Assembly (NCBI GenBank): GCA_051117635.1
Contig: JBNPEH010000004.1
Coordinates: forward strand, 229,562-293,561
Direction of reading: 5' to 3'
DNA from: Opitutales bacterium
Lineage (GTDB): Bacteria; Verrucomicrobiota; Verrucomicrobiia; Opitutales; JABSRG01
DNA length: 64,000 nucleotides
This document shows positions 39,132-48,242 of this stretch, one piece after another. Each line of letters starts with the position of its first letter. Position 1 is the first letter of the stretch. Position numbers and translations under genes: made by a program. The notes under the pieces were generated by a model that saw nothing but the letters and a program-made list of their open reading frames with translations, ran no database searches and was not told where the DNA came from.

Positions 39132-40874
39132 ATGAGCCAGGCATTCAGCCCGAACCAGAAGCAGTATCTCGAAGGCTTCTTCGCCGGCGTTAACCAGCGC
39201 GGCGGCATGCCTTTTCTCGGCCAGAACGCCGCCGGCCAGTTTACCGACGACCCCGCCCAATCCGCCGGGGAAAAGGTCCACGGCACCCCGGTCGACGAGT
39301 TGTCCAAAGAGGAGCAAATCAAATACGAGCGCAACGGCCTCGACATCTGGGACACCATCGTGGCCAACGCCGGCGAAAACAAGTTCCCCGAAGGCGGCGA
39401 CCTCTTCCGCTTCAAGTTCCACGGGCTCTTTCACGTCAAACCCGCGCAGGACTCCTTCATGCTGCGCTGCCGCATCCCCGGCTGCGTCCTGAAGGCCGAT
39501 CAGTTCGCCGGCCTCGCCGAGATCGCGGAGGACTGGGGGGGCGGCTACGCCGACGTGACCACGCGCGGCAACATCCAGGTCCGCGAGATCATGCCGAAGG
39601 ACACGGTCGACACCCTGATCAAGCTCGACGAACTCGGCCTGACCTCGAAGGGCGCCGGCGCGGACAATGTCCGCAACGTCACCGCCAGCCCCACCAGCGG
39701 CTTCGACCCCGGGGAGGTGCTCGACGTGCTGCCTTACGCCAAGGCCATGCACCACTACATCCTGAACAACCGCGACCTCTACGGCCTGCCGCGCAAGTTC
39801 AACATTTCCTTCGACAACGGCGGCCGCGTCTCCGTCTGCGCCGATACCAACGACATCGCCTTCTACGCCGTGCGCGTGGGCGAGGGGCGCGGGGCCGAGC
39901 CCGGCGTCTACTTCCGCGTCCAGCTCTGCGGGATCACCGGCCACAAGCAATTCGCCAAAGACTGCGGGCTCCTGCTCAAACCCTCGCAGGCCGTGCCCGT
40001 GGCCGCCGCCATGATCCGCGTCTTTATCGAAAACGGCGACCGCACCAACCGCAAAAAGGCCCGCCTCAAATACCTCGTGGACGACTGGGGCATGAAAAAA
40101 TTCCTCGGGGAAACGCAGACGAAGCTCGCCTTCGACCTCCCGTATCTCCCGCTCGAGCAGTGCGAGCCCCGCGCCGCCACCATCAAGCACGGGCACGTCG
40201 GCGTCTACGACCAGAAGCAGGAGGGGCTCAACTACATCGGCGTGGTCGTTCCGGTCGCGCGGATGATGCCCAAGCAGATGAAGTCCGTGGCCAGCCTCGC
40301 CAGGGAATTCGGCAACGGCGAAATCCGCCTCACCGCCTGGCAGAACTTCATCCTTCCCGGCATCCGCGACGAGGACCTCGACGCCGTCAAAGAGGCCATC
40401 ACCGGCCTCGGCTTCCACTACCGTTCGAGCACGATTTCCGGCGGGCTCGTGGCCTGCACCGGCAACGCCGGTTGCAAATACGCCGCCAGCGACACCAAAC
40501 GCCACGCCCGCGAGCTGGCCGAATTCCTCGAGTCCGAAGTCGAGCTCGACCAGCCGATCAACATCCACCTCACCGGCTGCCCGCATTCCTGCGCCCAGCA
40601 CTTCATCGGCGACATCGGCCTGCTCGGCGCCAAGGTGCCGCGCGGCGACGACAAGGTCGAGGGCTACAGCGTCGTCCTCGGCGGCGGCGTCGAGGAGTGG
40701 CAGTCCATCGCCCACGAGGTCTTTCCCGCCACCGCCTTCGACGAGCTCAAGCCGCTCCTCCTCCGCGTCCTGCAAACCTACCTCGAACGCCGCGAGGGCA
40801 AGGAAACCTTCTGGCAGTTCTCCCGCCGCCACAGCGCCGGGGAGCTGAAGGAGCTCTTCGCCGTAAACGCCTAG
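39132..40874 (+). CDS. nirA: siroheme/4Fe-4S nitrite (sulfite)-reductase hemoprotein, NirA-type
   Basis: The Cys cluster is [11 protein letters not shown] ... [17 protein letters not shown]. There are two nitrite/sulfite reductase repeats. Start at the ATG at 39132, because the 39084 start would lie inside the REP-like unit. The nitrite assignment comes from gene context. Confidence 0.85.
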   Translation: MSQAFSPNQKQYLEGFFAGVNQRGGMPFLGQNAAGQFTDDPAQSAGEKVHGTPVDELSKEEQIKYERNGLDIWDTIVANAGENKFPEGGDLFRFKFHGLFHVKPAQDSFMLRCRIPGCVLKADQFAGLAEIAEDWGGGYADVTTRGNIQVREIMPKDTVDTLIKLDELGLTSKGAGADNVRNVTASPTSGFDPGEVLDVLPYAKAMHHYILNNRDLYGLPRKFNISFDNGGRVSVCADTNDIAFYAVRVGEGRGAEPGVYFRVQLCGITGHKQFAKDCGLLLKPSQAVPVAAAMIRVFIENGDRTNRKKARLKYLVDDWGMKKFLGETQTKLAFDLPYLPLEQCEPRAATIKHGHVGVYDQKQEGLNYIGVVVPVARMMPKQMKSVASLAREFGNGEIRLTAWQNFILPGIRDEDLDAVKEAITGLGFHYRSSTISGGLVACTGNAGCKYAASDTKRHARELAEFLESEVELDQPINIHLTGCPHSCAQHFIGDIGLLGAKVPRGDDKVEGYSVVLGGGVEEWQSIAHEVFPATAFDELKPLLLRVLQTYLERREGKETFWQFSRRHSAGELKELFAVNA

Positions 40875-40949
40875 CTCCTACCCGCCATCAACGCCTCCCT
40901 AACAGTCGAAGACTCACCCATCGAAAGGCTCCTGAAAGAGCAGGGGACT

Positions 40950-42449
40950 TTGCAGACCCCCGTCGGCGACTTCGCCCGGGAGCATGCAGCTCTGGCGGAG
41001 GAGCCCGCCCGGGCGAAGGTCTACAAGCAACTCCTTCCGCTTTCCAAACCCGGCGTAGGCGAGCAATACGCGTTTCACGTAGACCTCGATAAATGCACCG
41101 GCTGCAAGGCCTGCGTCTCGGCCTGCCACAGCCTGAACGGTCTCGACGAACACGAGACCTGGCGGGACGCGGGATCGATCCACGGCTCCACCCCCGGGGG
41201 CGATGCCTACGCACAGACCGTGACCACCGCCTGCCACCACTGCGCGGACCCCGGCTGCCTCAACGGTTGCCCCGTGCTCGCCTACGAGAAAGATCCGCTC
41301 ACGGGCATCGTCCACCACCTCGACGACCAGTGCATCGGCTGCCAATACTGCGTGCTCAAGTGCCCCTATGACGTGCCGAAGTATTCGAAGAAACTCGGCA
41401 TCGTCCGCAAGTGCGACATGTGCCACAGCCGCCTGGCCGAAGGTGAAGCCCCGGCCTGCGTCCAGGCCTGTCCGACCGAGGCGATTAGTATCACCGTCGT
41501 GAATACGGAGGAAGCTACCTCGAAGGCCAGGCTCGGCGAGGCTGCCTTTCTGCCAGCCGCCCCCGATCCGGCCTACACCGTGCCGACGACCGAGTATGTG
41601 ACGAAGCGGACGATCCCGGCCAACGCCGAGGCCGGCGACCGCCATGCCCTGGAGCCCGAGCACGCGCACTTTCCCCTGGTCTTCATGCTGGTGCTCACCC
41701 AGCTCTCCGTGGGGCTCTACGCGGGGGCCTGCTTCGCGGCTGAGACCTTGCGCTGGCCGCTGGCCGGAGCCGGATTCGTCGCCATGGCGGCGGGGCTTGC
41801 CTCCTCGACCGCCCACCTCGGGCGTCCGCTGGGCGCCTGGCGCGCCTTTCTCGGGCTGCGGCGCTCCTGGCTGAGCCGCGAGATCGTGACCTTCGGCGGA
41901 TTTTCCGTTCTCGCGACCGCGTTCACCGCGTCGACGCTGTTCGCCCTCGTGCCATGGGGCGCGGCGCGGGCGATGGGCGCGGTCGTCCTGTTCACCGGGC
42001 TCGCGGGCGTCTTCACCTCGGCCATGATCTACCACGACACGCAGCGGCCCTTCTGGCGCTTGCCAGTGAGTGCCGGGAAGTTTTTCGGCAGCACGCTGCT
42101 GCTCGGGCTCGCCGCCTGGGCGGCGGCCGGCGGGGCGGGGGCGGGCCCTTGTGCGGCGGTCGCGCTGGTCAAGCTCGCCCTCGAGGCGAGCCAGCTCAAG
42201 GCCGCGAACCATGCCGCATACGGCCCCGCAAAAAAGTCCGCGCTCCTCATGCTGCGGCCCCTGCGCACGCTCACGCTCGCCCGCTACGCCGCCGGCGGCT
42301 GCGGCGCGGCCCTGATGCTTGCCGGACTCGCCGTGCCCGCACTCGTGCCCGTCGCGGCCGTCCTGCTGCTCGCGGGCGAAGTGCTCGAACGCACGCTCTA
42401 CTTCCAGGCCGTCGCCGCACCCAAAATGCCCGGAGGACTGAAGGCATGA
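40950..42449 (+). CDS. fused 4Fe-4S ferredoxin (DmsB-like) and polytopic membrane anchor (DmsC-like) subunit
   Basis: Four Cys clusters: [31 protein letters not shown] and CDMCHSRL...ACVQACP. These are followed by about 8 hydrophobic helices. The only candidate start is TTG at 40950 (or CTG at 40932); there is no in-frame ATG near the 5' end. Confidence 0.75.
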   Translation: MQTPVGDFAREHAALAEEPARAKVYKQLLPLSKPGVGEQYAFHVDLDKCTGCKACVSACHSLNGLDEHETWRDAGSIHGSTPGGDAYAQTVTTACHHCADPGCLNGCPVLAYEKDPLTGIVHHLDDQCIGCQYCVLKCPYDVPKYSKKLGIVRKCDMCHSRLAEGEAPACVQACPTEAISITVVNTEEATSKARLGEAAFLPAAPDPAYTVPTTEYVTKRTIPANAEAGDRHALEPEHAHFPLVFMLVLTQLSVGLYAGACFAAETLRWPLAGAGFVAMAAGLASSTAHLGRPLGAWRAFLGLRRSWLSREIVTFGGFSVLATAFTASTLFALVPWGAARAMGAVVLFTGLAGVFTSAMIYHDTQRPFWRLPVSAGKFFGSTLLLGLAAWAAAGGAGAGPCAAVALVKLALEASQLKAANHAAYGPAKKSALLMLRPLRTLTLARYAAGGCGAALMLAGLAVPALVPVAAVLLLAGEVLERTLYFQAVAAPKMPGGLKA

Positions 42450-44743
42450 GCCCCGTCGCCCGCATCAAAGAAAAATTGCGTCTGCGCGCCTGGGAGGGTC
42501 CGCTGACGGACAAGCTGGTCCAGGAGCCCGCCGCCTTCGGGCTCGGGCGGGTGCCGCGCTCGGTGAAACCGGACGCCACAGTCTCCAGCATCTGCGGCTT
42601 CTGCGCCACCGGCTGTTCGCTCAAGGTCCATCTCGCCCGCGGCGAGGCGGTGAATCTCAGCGCGGATGCCGCCTATCCCGTGAATCTGGGCATGGCCTGC
42701 CCAAAAGGCTGGGAGGCGCTCGTCCCGCTTTCCGCCACGGACCGCGCGACCGAGCCGCTGCTTCGCGGCGCGGACGGCAAGCTGCAGCCGGTCTCCTGGG
42801 ACGCCGCGATGCAGGCCTTCGTCCACCGTTTCAAGGACATCCAGTCGCGCCACGGCGCGGACTCGCTCGCCTTCCTCAGCACCGGCCAGATCGTGACCGA
42901 GGAGATGGCCTTTCTCGGAGCGCTGGCGAAATTCGGCATGGGCATGATCCACGGCGACGGCAACACCCGCCAGTGCATGGCCACTGCGGTAACGGCCTAC
43001 AAGGAATCCTTCGGCTTCGACGCGCCGCCCTACACCTATCGGGATTTCGAGGAATCGGACGTGCTCGTCTTCGTCGGCGCGAATCCCTGCATCGCGCACC
43101 CCATCCTGTGGCAGCGGGTGATGCAGAACCGCCGGAATCCCGAGATCGTGGTCGTCGATCCCCGCAAGACGGAGACCGCCATGGCCGCTACCCGGCACCT
43201 GCCGCTTAGCCCGAAGTCGGACCTCAGGCTTTTCTACGGTATCGCCAACCGGCTGATCGAGCTGGGCAAAATCGACGAGGCCTTCATTCGGGAGCACACC
43301 GCTCATTTCGCGGCGTTCCGCGATTTTCTCCGGGACTACCCGCTGGAGGATGCCGCCGAGGCCAGCGGCATCCCGCTGGTCGATCTGGAGTCGCTGGTCG
43401 AACTCATCGGCTCGGGCAAACGCGTCTCCTTCTGGTGGACGATGGGCGTGAACCAGAGCTACGAGGGCACCCGCCTCGCCCAGGCGATCATCAACCTCGC
43501 CCTCATGACCGGCAACATCGGCAAGCCCGGCACCGGTGCGAACTCGATCACGGGCCAGTGCAACGCCATGGGCTCGCGCCTCTACAGCAACACCACCGCG
43601 CTTTTCGCCGGCCGCAAGTTCGAGGAGGCGGCCGACCGCATGGAGGTGGCCGACCGGCTTGGCATTCCCGCCGACTGCATCCCCGAACGCCCGAGCTACG
43701 CCTACAACGAAATCATCGACGCCATCGACCGCGGCGAAATCAAGGGGCTCTGGCTGATCGCCACCAATACCGCGCACTCCTGGATCAACCAGAAGCGTTT
43801 CCGGCGGATTCGCGACAAGCTCGATTTCCTCGTCGTCCAGGACATGTATGCCACCACCGAGTCGGCCGAAATCGCCGACCTCGTCCTTCCCGCCGCCGGC
43901 TGGGGCGAGAAGGACGGCACCTTTATCAATTCCGAGCGCCGCTTCGGCCGCACCCGCAAGGTGCGCAAGGCGCCCGGGCAGGCGCTCTCCGATTTCCAAA
44001 TCTTTCGCCTGATCGCCCACCATTGGGGCTGCGCCGGCCTCTTTCGCGAATGGGACTCGCCGGAAGCGGCCTTCCAGATCATCAAGCGCCTCAGCGCCGG
44101 CCGCCCCTGCGATATCACCGGGATCGAGGACCTCGATTTTCTCGACCGGGCCGGTGGCGTGCAGTGGCCGTTTGTCGAGGACGGAGGACGGAGAACGAAG
44201 GGTGGAGAACGGAGGACGGAGGACGGAGCGCGAAGCCCCGCTCGTGCGGGCGTAGAAGAGCAAAGCCCCAAGGACGGAGCCGGGACCGAGCGGCGCTTGT
44301 TCGAAGACGGCCGGTTCCATCATGCAGACGGGCGGGCGCGCTTTATCTTCGAAGCGCCGCGGCCCATGCCGGAGCCGGTCGACGCGGACTATCCCTTCCT
44401 CTTGCTCACAGGGCGGGGCAGCTCCTCGCAGTGGCACACGCAGACCCGGACCTCGAAGTCCGACGTGCTGCGCAAACTGTATCCGGAAAACCCCTACGTT
44501 GAGATCCACCCAGACGACGCCTCGCGGCTGGGCCTCCGGCCGAACGGCAAGGTCCGCGTGCATTCCCGCCGGGGCGAACTGAGTTGCACGGCGGTCGTCC
44601 TGCCGAGCGTGCGGCCGGGACAGCTTTTCATGCCGATGCACTACGCCAAGACCAACGATCTGACGGCCGACGCCTTCGATCCCTACTCGAAACAACCCAG
44701 CTACAAAGCCTGCGCCGTCGCCGTCGAGGCGGCGGAGAAATGA
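42446..44743 (+). CDS. nasA: molybdopterin oxidoreductase, assimilatory nitrate-reductase-like catalytic subunit, no Tat signal
   Basis: N-terminal FeS motif [10 protein letters not shown], plus ACPKGW, MopB-type blocks and a C-terminal molybdopterin dinucleotide-binding domain. ATGA overlap with the FeS/anchor gene. No RR motif at the N-terminus. Confidence 0.8.
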   Translation: MSPVARIKEKLRLRAWEGPLTDKLVQEPAAFGLGRVPRSVKPDATVSSICGFCATGCSLKVHLARGEAVNLSADAAYPVNLGMACPKGWEALVPLSATDRATEPLLRGADGKLQPVSWDAAMQAFVHRFKDIQSRHGADSLAFLSTGQIVTEEMAFLGALAKFGMGMIHGDGNTRQCMATAVTAYKESFGFDAPPYTYRDFEESDVLVFVGANPCIAHPILWQRVMQNRRNPEIVVVDPRKTETAMAATRHLPLSPKSDLRLFYGIANRLIELGKIDEAFIREHTAHFAAFRDFLRDYPLEDAAEASGIPLVDLESLVELIGSGKRVSFWWTMGVNQSYEGTRLAQAIINLALMTGNIGKPGTGANSITGQCNAMGSRLYSNTTALFAGRKFEEAADRMEVADRLGIPADCIPERPSYAYNEIIDAIDRGEIKGLWLIATNTAHSWINQKRFRRIRDKLDFLVVQDMYATTESAEIADLVLPAAGWGEKDGTFINSERRFGRTRKVRKAPGQALSDFQIFRLIAHHWGCAGLFREWDSPEAAFQIIKRLSAGRPCDITGIEDLDFLDRAGGVQWPFVEDGGRRTKGGERRTEDGARSPARAGVEEQSPKDGAGTERRLFEDGRFHHADGRARFIFEAPRPMPEPVDADYPFLLLTGRGSSSQWHTQTRTSKSDVLRKLYPENPYVEIHPDDASRLGLRPNGKVRVHSRRGELSCTAVVLPSVRPGQLFMPMHYAKTNDLTADAFDPYSKQPSYKACAVAVEAAEK

Positions 44744-44789
44744 TACGACGGATCGGGCCGATGCGTTGATTCATTTTACCCAAACCACC

Positions 44790-46553
44790 ATGCCAACCGC
44801 ACCCTACATCCCAGAAACCGCACCCTTCACGGAGGACCAGCGCTCCTGGTTGAACGGCTTCCTGGCCGGGCTCCACACGGAGGCCCCCGCAGAGGGCGGC
44901 GCCCCCGCGAACGCCGCGCCCGCCACGCCGGTGACGCTCCTGTTCGGCTCGCAGACCGGCACGGCCGAAACCCTGGCCAAAAAGGCTTCCAAGGCGCTGA
45001 AAGCGGCCCGTTGCGAGCCCCAGGTCGTCGACATGGCCGACGCCTCGGTCGACGAGCTCGCGGCCGGCGGCCACGTCCTGATCCTGACCAGCACTTACGG
45101 CGAGGGCGACCCGCCGGACAACGCGCAGGCCCTGCACGAGGCCTTGATGGCCGACGGCGCCCCCAGGCTCGACGGCCTGCACTACGCCGTGCTCGGGCTC
45201 GGCGATTCCAGCTACCCCGACTTCTGCCAGTGCAGCCGCGAGTTCGACGCGCGGCTCGAAGCGCTCGGCGCCGAGCGCTTCGCGCCCACTGTGGAGTGCG
45301 ACGGCGACCCCGACGAGGGTTACGCCGAGTGGCTGGATTCGGTGAAAGCCGTGCTCGGCGAGGCCGGTGCGGCAGCTGGTGCGCCGGCTCCGTCCGATCC
45401 CACCGACCCGGGCGACGAAGCCGAGCCCGAGGCCCCGGCCTACGACAAAACCAACCCATTCCCGGCCAAATTGTTGAAGACGGAAAACCTCAACGGAGAA
45501 GGCTCCTCCAAGGCGACCCACCACGTGGAGTTCTCCCTCGAAGGTTCGGGCCTGAGCTACGAAGTGGGCGACGCCCTCGCCGTGGTGCCGGAAAACGATC
45601 CGCGGCTGGTCGACGAAATCGTCGAGGCTGCCGGGTTTGCCACGGACGAGCCCACGCAACTGCCCGACAAGTCCGAGGCGCCGCTCTTCGACGCGCTGCG
45701 CTACCACTACGACATCAGCGTCCTGACCGAACCCTTCCTCCGCGCCTGCGCACGGCTCTCCAGGGACGGGGAGCTTCGGGGCATCGTGGCTGACGACGCC
45801 AAGTTGAAGGCCTATCTGCCCGGCCGTGGGCTGATCGATCCGATCGTTGACTACCGTATCAAGTTTCCCACGACGGAATACCTGATCGCTCCGCTCCGGC
45901 AGTTGAAGCCGCGGCTCTACTCGATCGCGTCCAGCCCCAGGGCGCATCCCGGCGAGGTGCACCTGACTGTCGGCAAAGTCAGCTACGACGCACACGGCCG
46001 TGAACGCCTCGGCGTCTGCTCAACCTACCTCGCCGAGCACGACGGCCGGCACCCGGTCAAGGTCTACCTCCACCCGAACCAGACCTTCCGCCTGACGGAC
46101 GATGACGACGCGCCGGTCATCATGATCGGCCCTGGCACCGGCATCGCCCCCTTCCGCGCCTTTCTCGAAGAGCGCGAGGCGCGCGCCGCCAAAGGCAAGA
46201 ACTGGCTCTTTTTCGGCGACCAGCACATCGCGACCGACTTTCTCTACGAGGCGCAGATCGAGGGCTGGATGACCAGCGGTTTGCTGAGCCGGCTGGATAC
46301 CGCCTTCTCACGCGACCAGGAGGCGAAGGTCTATGTGCAGGACCGCATCCTCGAACGCGCGGAACGGTTTTACCAGTGGCTCGAGGAAGGCGCCACGATT
46401 TACGTCTGCGGCGACGCCTCCCGCATGGCCAGAGACGTCGACGCCGCCATCCACGAGGTCGTGAAAAATGCCGGCGGCCAAACCGACGACGAAGCCAAAG
46501 CCTACGTCGACGCACTGAAGAAAGCCAAACGGTATTTAAGGGACGTCTACTGA
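44790..46553 (+). CDS. CysJ-like NADPH-dependent diflavin reductase (flavodoxin plus FAD/NADPH domains)
   Basis: Flavodoxin LLFGSQTGTAE, FAD RLYSIASSP, NADPH GPGTGIAPFRAF, and a C-terminus RYLRDVY as in CysJ. The start is ATG at 44790 or TTG at 44766. Confidence 0.9.
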   Translation: MPTAPYIPETAPFTEDQRSWLNGFLAGLHTEAPAEGGAPANAAPATPVTLLFGSQTGTAETLAKKASKALKAARCEPQVVDMADASVDELAAGGHVLILTSTYGEGDPPDNAQALHEALMADGAPRLDGLHYAVLGLGDSSYPDFCQCSREFDARLEALGAERFAPTVECDGDPDEGYAEWLDSVKAVLGEAGAAAGAPAPSDPTDPGDEAEPEAPAYDKTNPFPAKLLKTENLNGEGSSKATHHVEFSLEGSGLSYEVGDALAVVPENDPRLVDEIVEAAGFATDEPTQLPDKSEAPLFDALRYHYDISVLTEPFLRACARLSRDGELRGIVADDAKLKAYLPGRGLIDPIVDYRIKFPTTEYLIAPLRQLKPRLYSIASSPRAHPGEVHLTVGKVSYDAHGRERLGVCSTYLAEHDGRHPVKVYLHPNQTFRLTDDDDAPVIMIGPGTGIAPFRAFLEEREARAAKGKNWLFFGDQHIATDFLYEAQIEGWMTSGLLSRLDTAFSRDQEAKVYVQDRILERAERFYQWLEEGATIYVCGDASRMARDVDAAIHEVVKNAGGQTDDEAKAYVDALKKAKRYLRDVY

Positions 46554-46681
46554 GCGAACCAGGGAGGGCGAACGTCCCCGTGAGCCGGCGGCGGCGAGGA
46601 AGGTCGGATGATCCCACGGTGGTTTCGACGCGTTTCGTTGGGGGTTGAGTTGCGCGTCCGTCCGTATCCGGCTCGTGGGGA

Positions 46682-46713
46682 CCAGCCTTCGCCGAGGCTA
46701 CGGCGCGGCATGC
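46682..46713. repeat. REP-like hairpin unit (reverse orientation)
   Basis: The reverse complement GCATGCCGCGCCGTAGCCTCGGCGAAGGCTGG resembles the CCGCC(A/G)TAGCC...GGCGAAGGCGG unit. Confidence 0.55.
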
Positions 46714-46872
46714 ACGCGCCCTCCCTTTGGGTGCCTCGTTTTCAGAGGTGAGAAAGTTTATGATTCGAAATGAAATTCATTCATGTATGGAAATTGTTCA
46801 TTAATATTATTGGCACAAGAGGTGATGCTTACAGGACTCGTGCGAACGCACCTGCAAAACAACTCAATCGAC

Positions 46873-48087
46873 ATGAAAAAGGTATTCAAACGACTCATAC
46901 TATCGACGGCTTTCGTGATCGGAGGGGCTTCGATTAGCTCGGCCGATCCCTTCGAGGCCTTTCTCGACGAGCAAACCGTAGTCCTCGAAGATGCTGTTCC
47001 GGGCAAATTCAACATCAACTCGAGGATACGGTACGAGGAGTTCGACACCGCGACGGTGGATGATCGGGGCCTCTCGCACCGAATCCGCTATGGCTACACG
47101 ACGTCGGACTTCTCCGGGGTGAGCGCGATGGTCGAGGGCGAGACGCTCTACGCCTGGAACGATTCGGACCAGTTGCACTTTCTCGACGATGCCGGGGACG
47201 GCACGGACCTCAACCAGTTGTGGGTCCGCTACGCCGATCCGAACTACGGTTCGGTCAAGCTGGGCCGCCAGATCTACACCCTCGACGACCACCGTTTCAT
47301 CGGGCACGTGGGCTGGCGCCAGAACATCCAGGCCTTCGACGCGGCGACGGGCGCTTTCACCGGGATCGAACAATTCGTGGCGAAGGGCTTTTTCCTCGAT
47401 GCCGTGAACCGGGTGAACGGCGACTACGTGGCGATGGACGCATACGGCGCGAACGTGAGCTATGCGTTCGGTCGCGGACTTTCGTTAACGGGTTTCTACT
47501 ATTCGATCGACGATTCGGATGTGGCAGTCTTCCACAGCGATACGATCGGCCTCCGTGCGACGGGCGCGGTTTCGGTCGCGGGTTTCGATCTGGATTACGG
47601 GTTGAGCGCGGCCGGTCAGGACGTGGACGCGGTGGACGACAACACGAGCTACTACGCGGCGAGCCTTTCCGCGAAGCTGCCGGACACGGCGCTGAGTCTG
47701 GGAGGTGGCGTGGAGGTTTTCGGCGAACATTTCCGGACACCGCTGGCCACTGTGCACAAGTTCAACGGCTGGGCCGACAAGTTCGCGGCGCGCTCGCTGG
47801 GGCTGGCCGGGGGATTGAGCGTCGGCCTGGAGAATTACTATCTTGAGACGGGCTACATGATTGCGCTGGGCAACGGCTTGACGACGAAAGTTGTTTACCA
47901 CTGGTTTGAGCCGAGCGAACGCGGCGGAGAGGGGGGCACCGAGCTCGACCTGCTCGCTTCCTACAAAATCAACAAGTATTTTTCGGTGATCGGCAAATAC
48001 GGGGAATACGACGCCGACGCGAATGCCGTGGCTTACTTTGCCGGCGACAAACGGATGCTGACGCTGGAGTTGAATTTGGTCTATTAA
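46873..48087 (+). CDS. outer-membrane beta-barrel porin (alginate-export-like), linked to the nitrate locus
   Basis: Signal peptide MKKVFKRLILSTAFVIGGASISSA. It has alternating beta-strand patterning with RIRYEEF and RIRYGYT blocks, and ends in the aromatic ...LELNLVY. An AT-rich promoter region lies upstream. Confidence 0.65.
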   Translation: MKKVFKRLILSTAFVIGGASISSADPFEAFLDEQTVVLEDAVPGKFNINSRIRYEEFDTATVDDRGLSHRIRYGYTTSDFSGVSAMVEGETLYAWNDSDQLHFLDDAGDGTDLNQLWVRYADPNYGSVKLGRQIYTLDDHRFIGHVGWRQNIQAFDAATGAFTGIEQFVAKGFFLDAVNRVNGDYVAMDAYGANVSYAFGRGLSLTGFYYSIDDSDVAVFHSDTIGLRATGAVSVAGFDLDYGLSAAGQDVDAVDDNTSYYAASLSAKLPDTALSLGGGVEVFGEHFRTPLATVHKFNGWADKFAARSLGLAGGLSVGLENYYLETGYMIALGNGLTTKVVYHWFEPSERGGEGGTELDLLASYKINKYFSVIGKYGEYDADANAVAYFAGDKRMLTLELNLVY

Positions 48088-48242
48088 GCTGTCGCGCCGT
48101 TATCCGCGGTCGCATCTCCCGGCCAGCGAATCCTGAAGGCGGCGCGGGTGCGGGTGACCTGCTCGGGGCTGGGCTGTCCAGCCATGCAGGGTTTGCCGCC
48201 TGACGGAGGAGGCTGCGGCAGGTCTCGATGTTGGCCCGGGCG

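Noticed and set aside
42398-44695. A 765-aa ORF antisense to the Mo-subunit gene. Similar long antisense or out-of-frame ORFs occur at 38868..40832, 40914..42212, 44628..45995, 49155..51032, 15206..16654, 17550..19091, 27837..29243, 8957..10042, 10221..11507 and 35463..36881.
   Set aside because: These are typical high-GC shadow ORFs. They are Arg/Gly/Pro/Ala-rich with no recognisable motifs. Each lies opposite a gene with strong family signatures.
46806-46830. A sigma-54 promoter (TGGCAC...) upstream of the porin gene.
   Set aside because: The GG element is present, but the position 10 nt downstream reads GA rather than GC, so the -24/-12 spacing fails.
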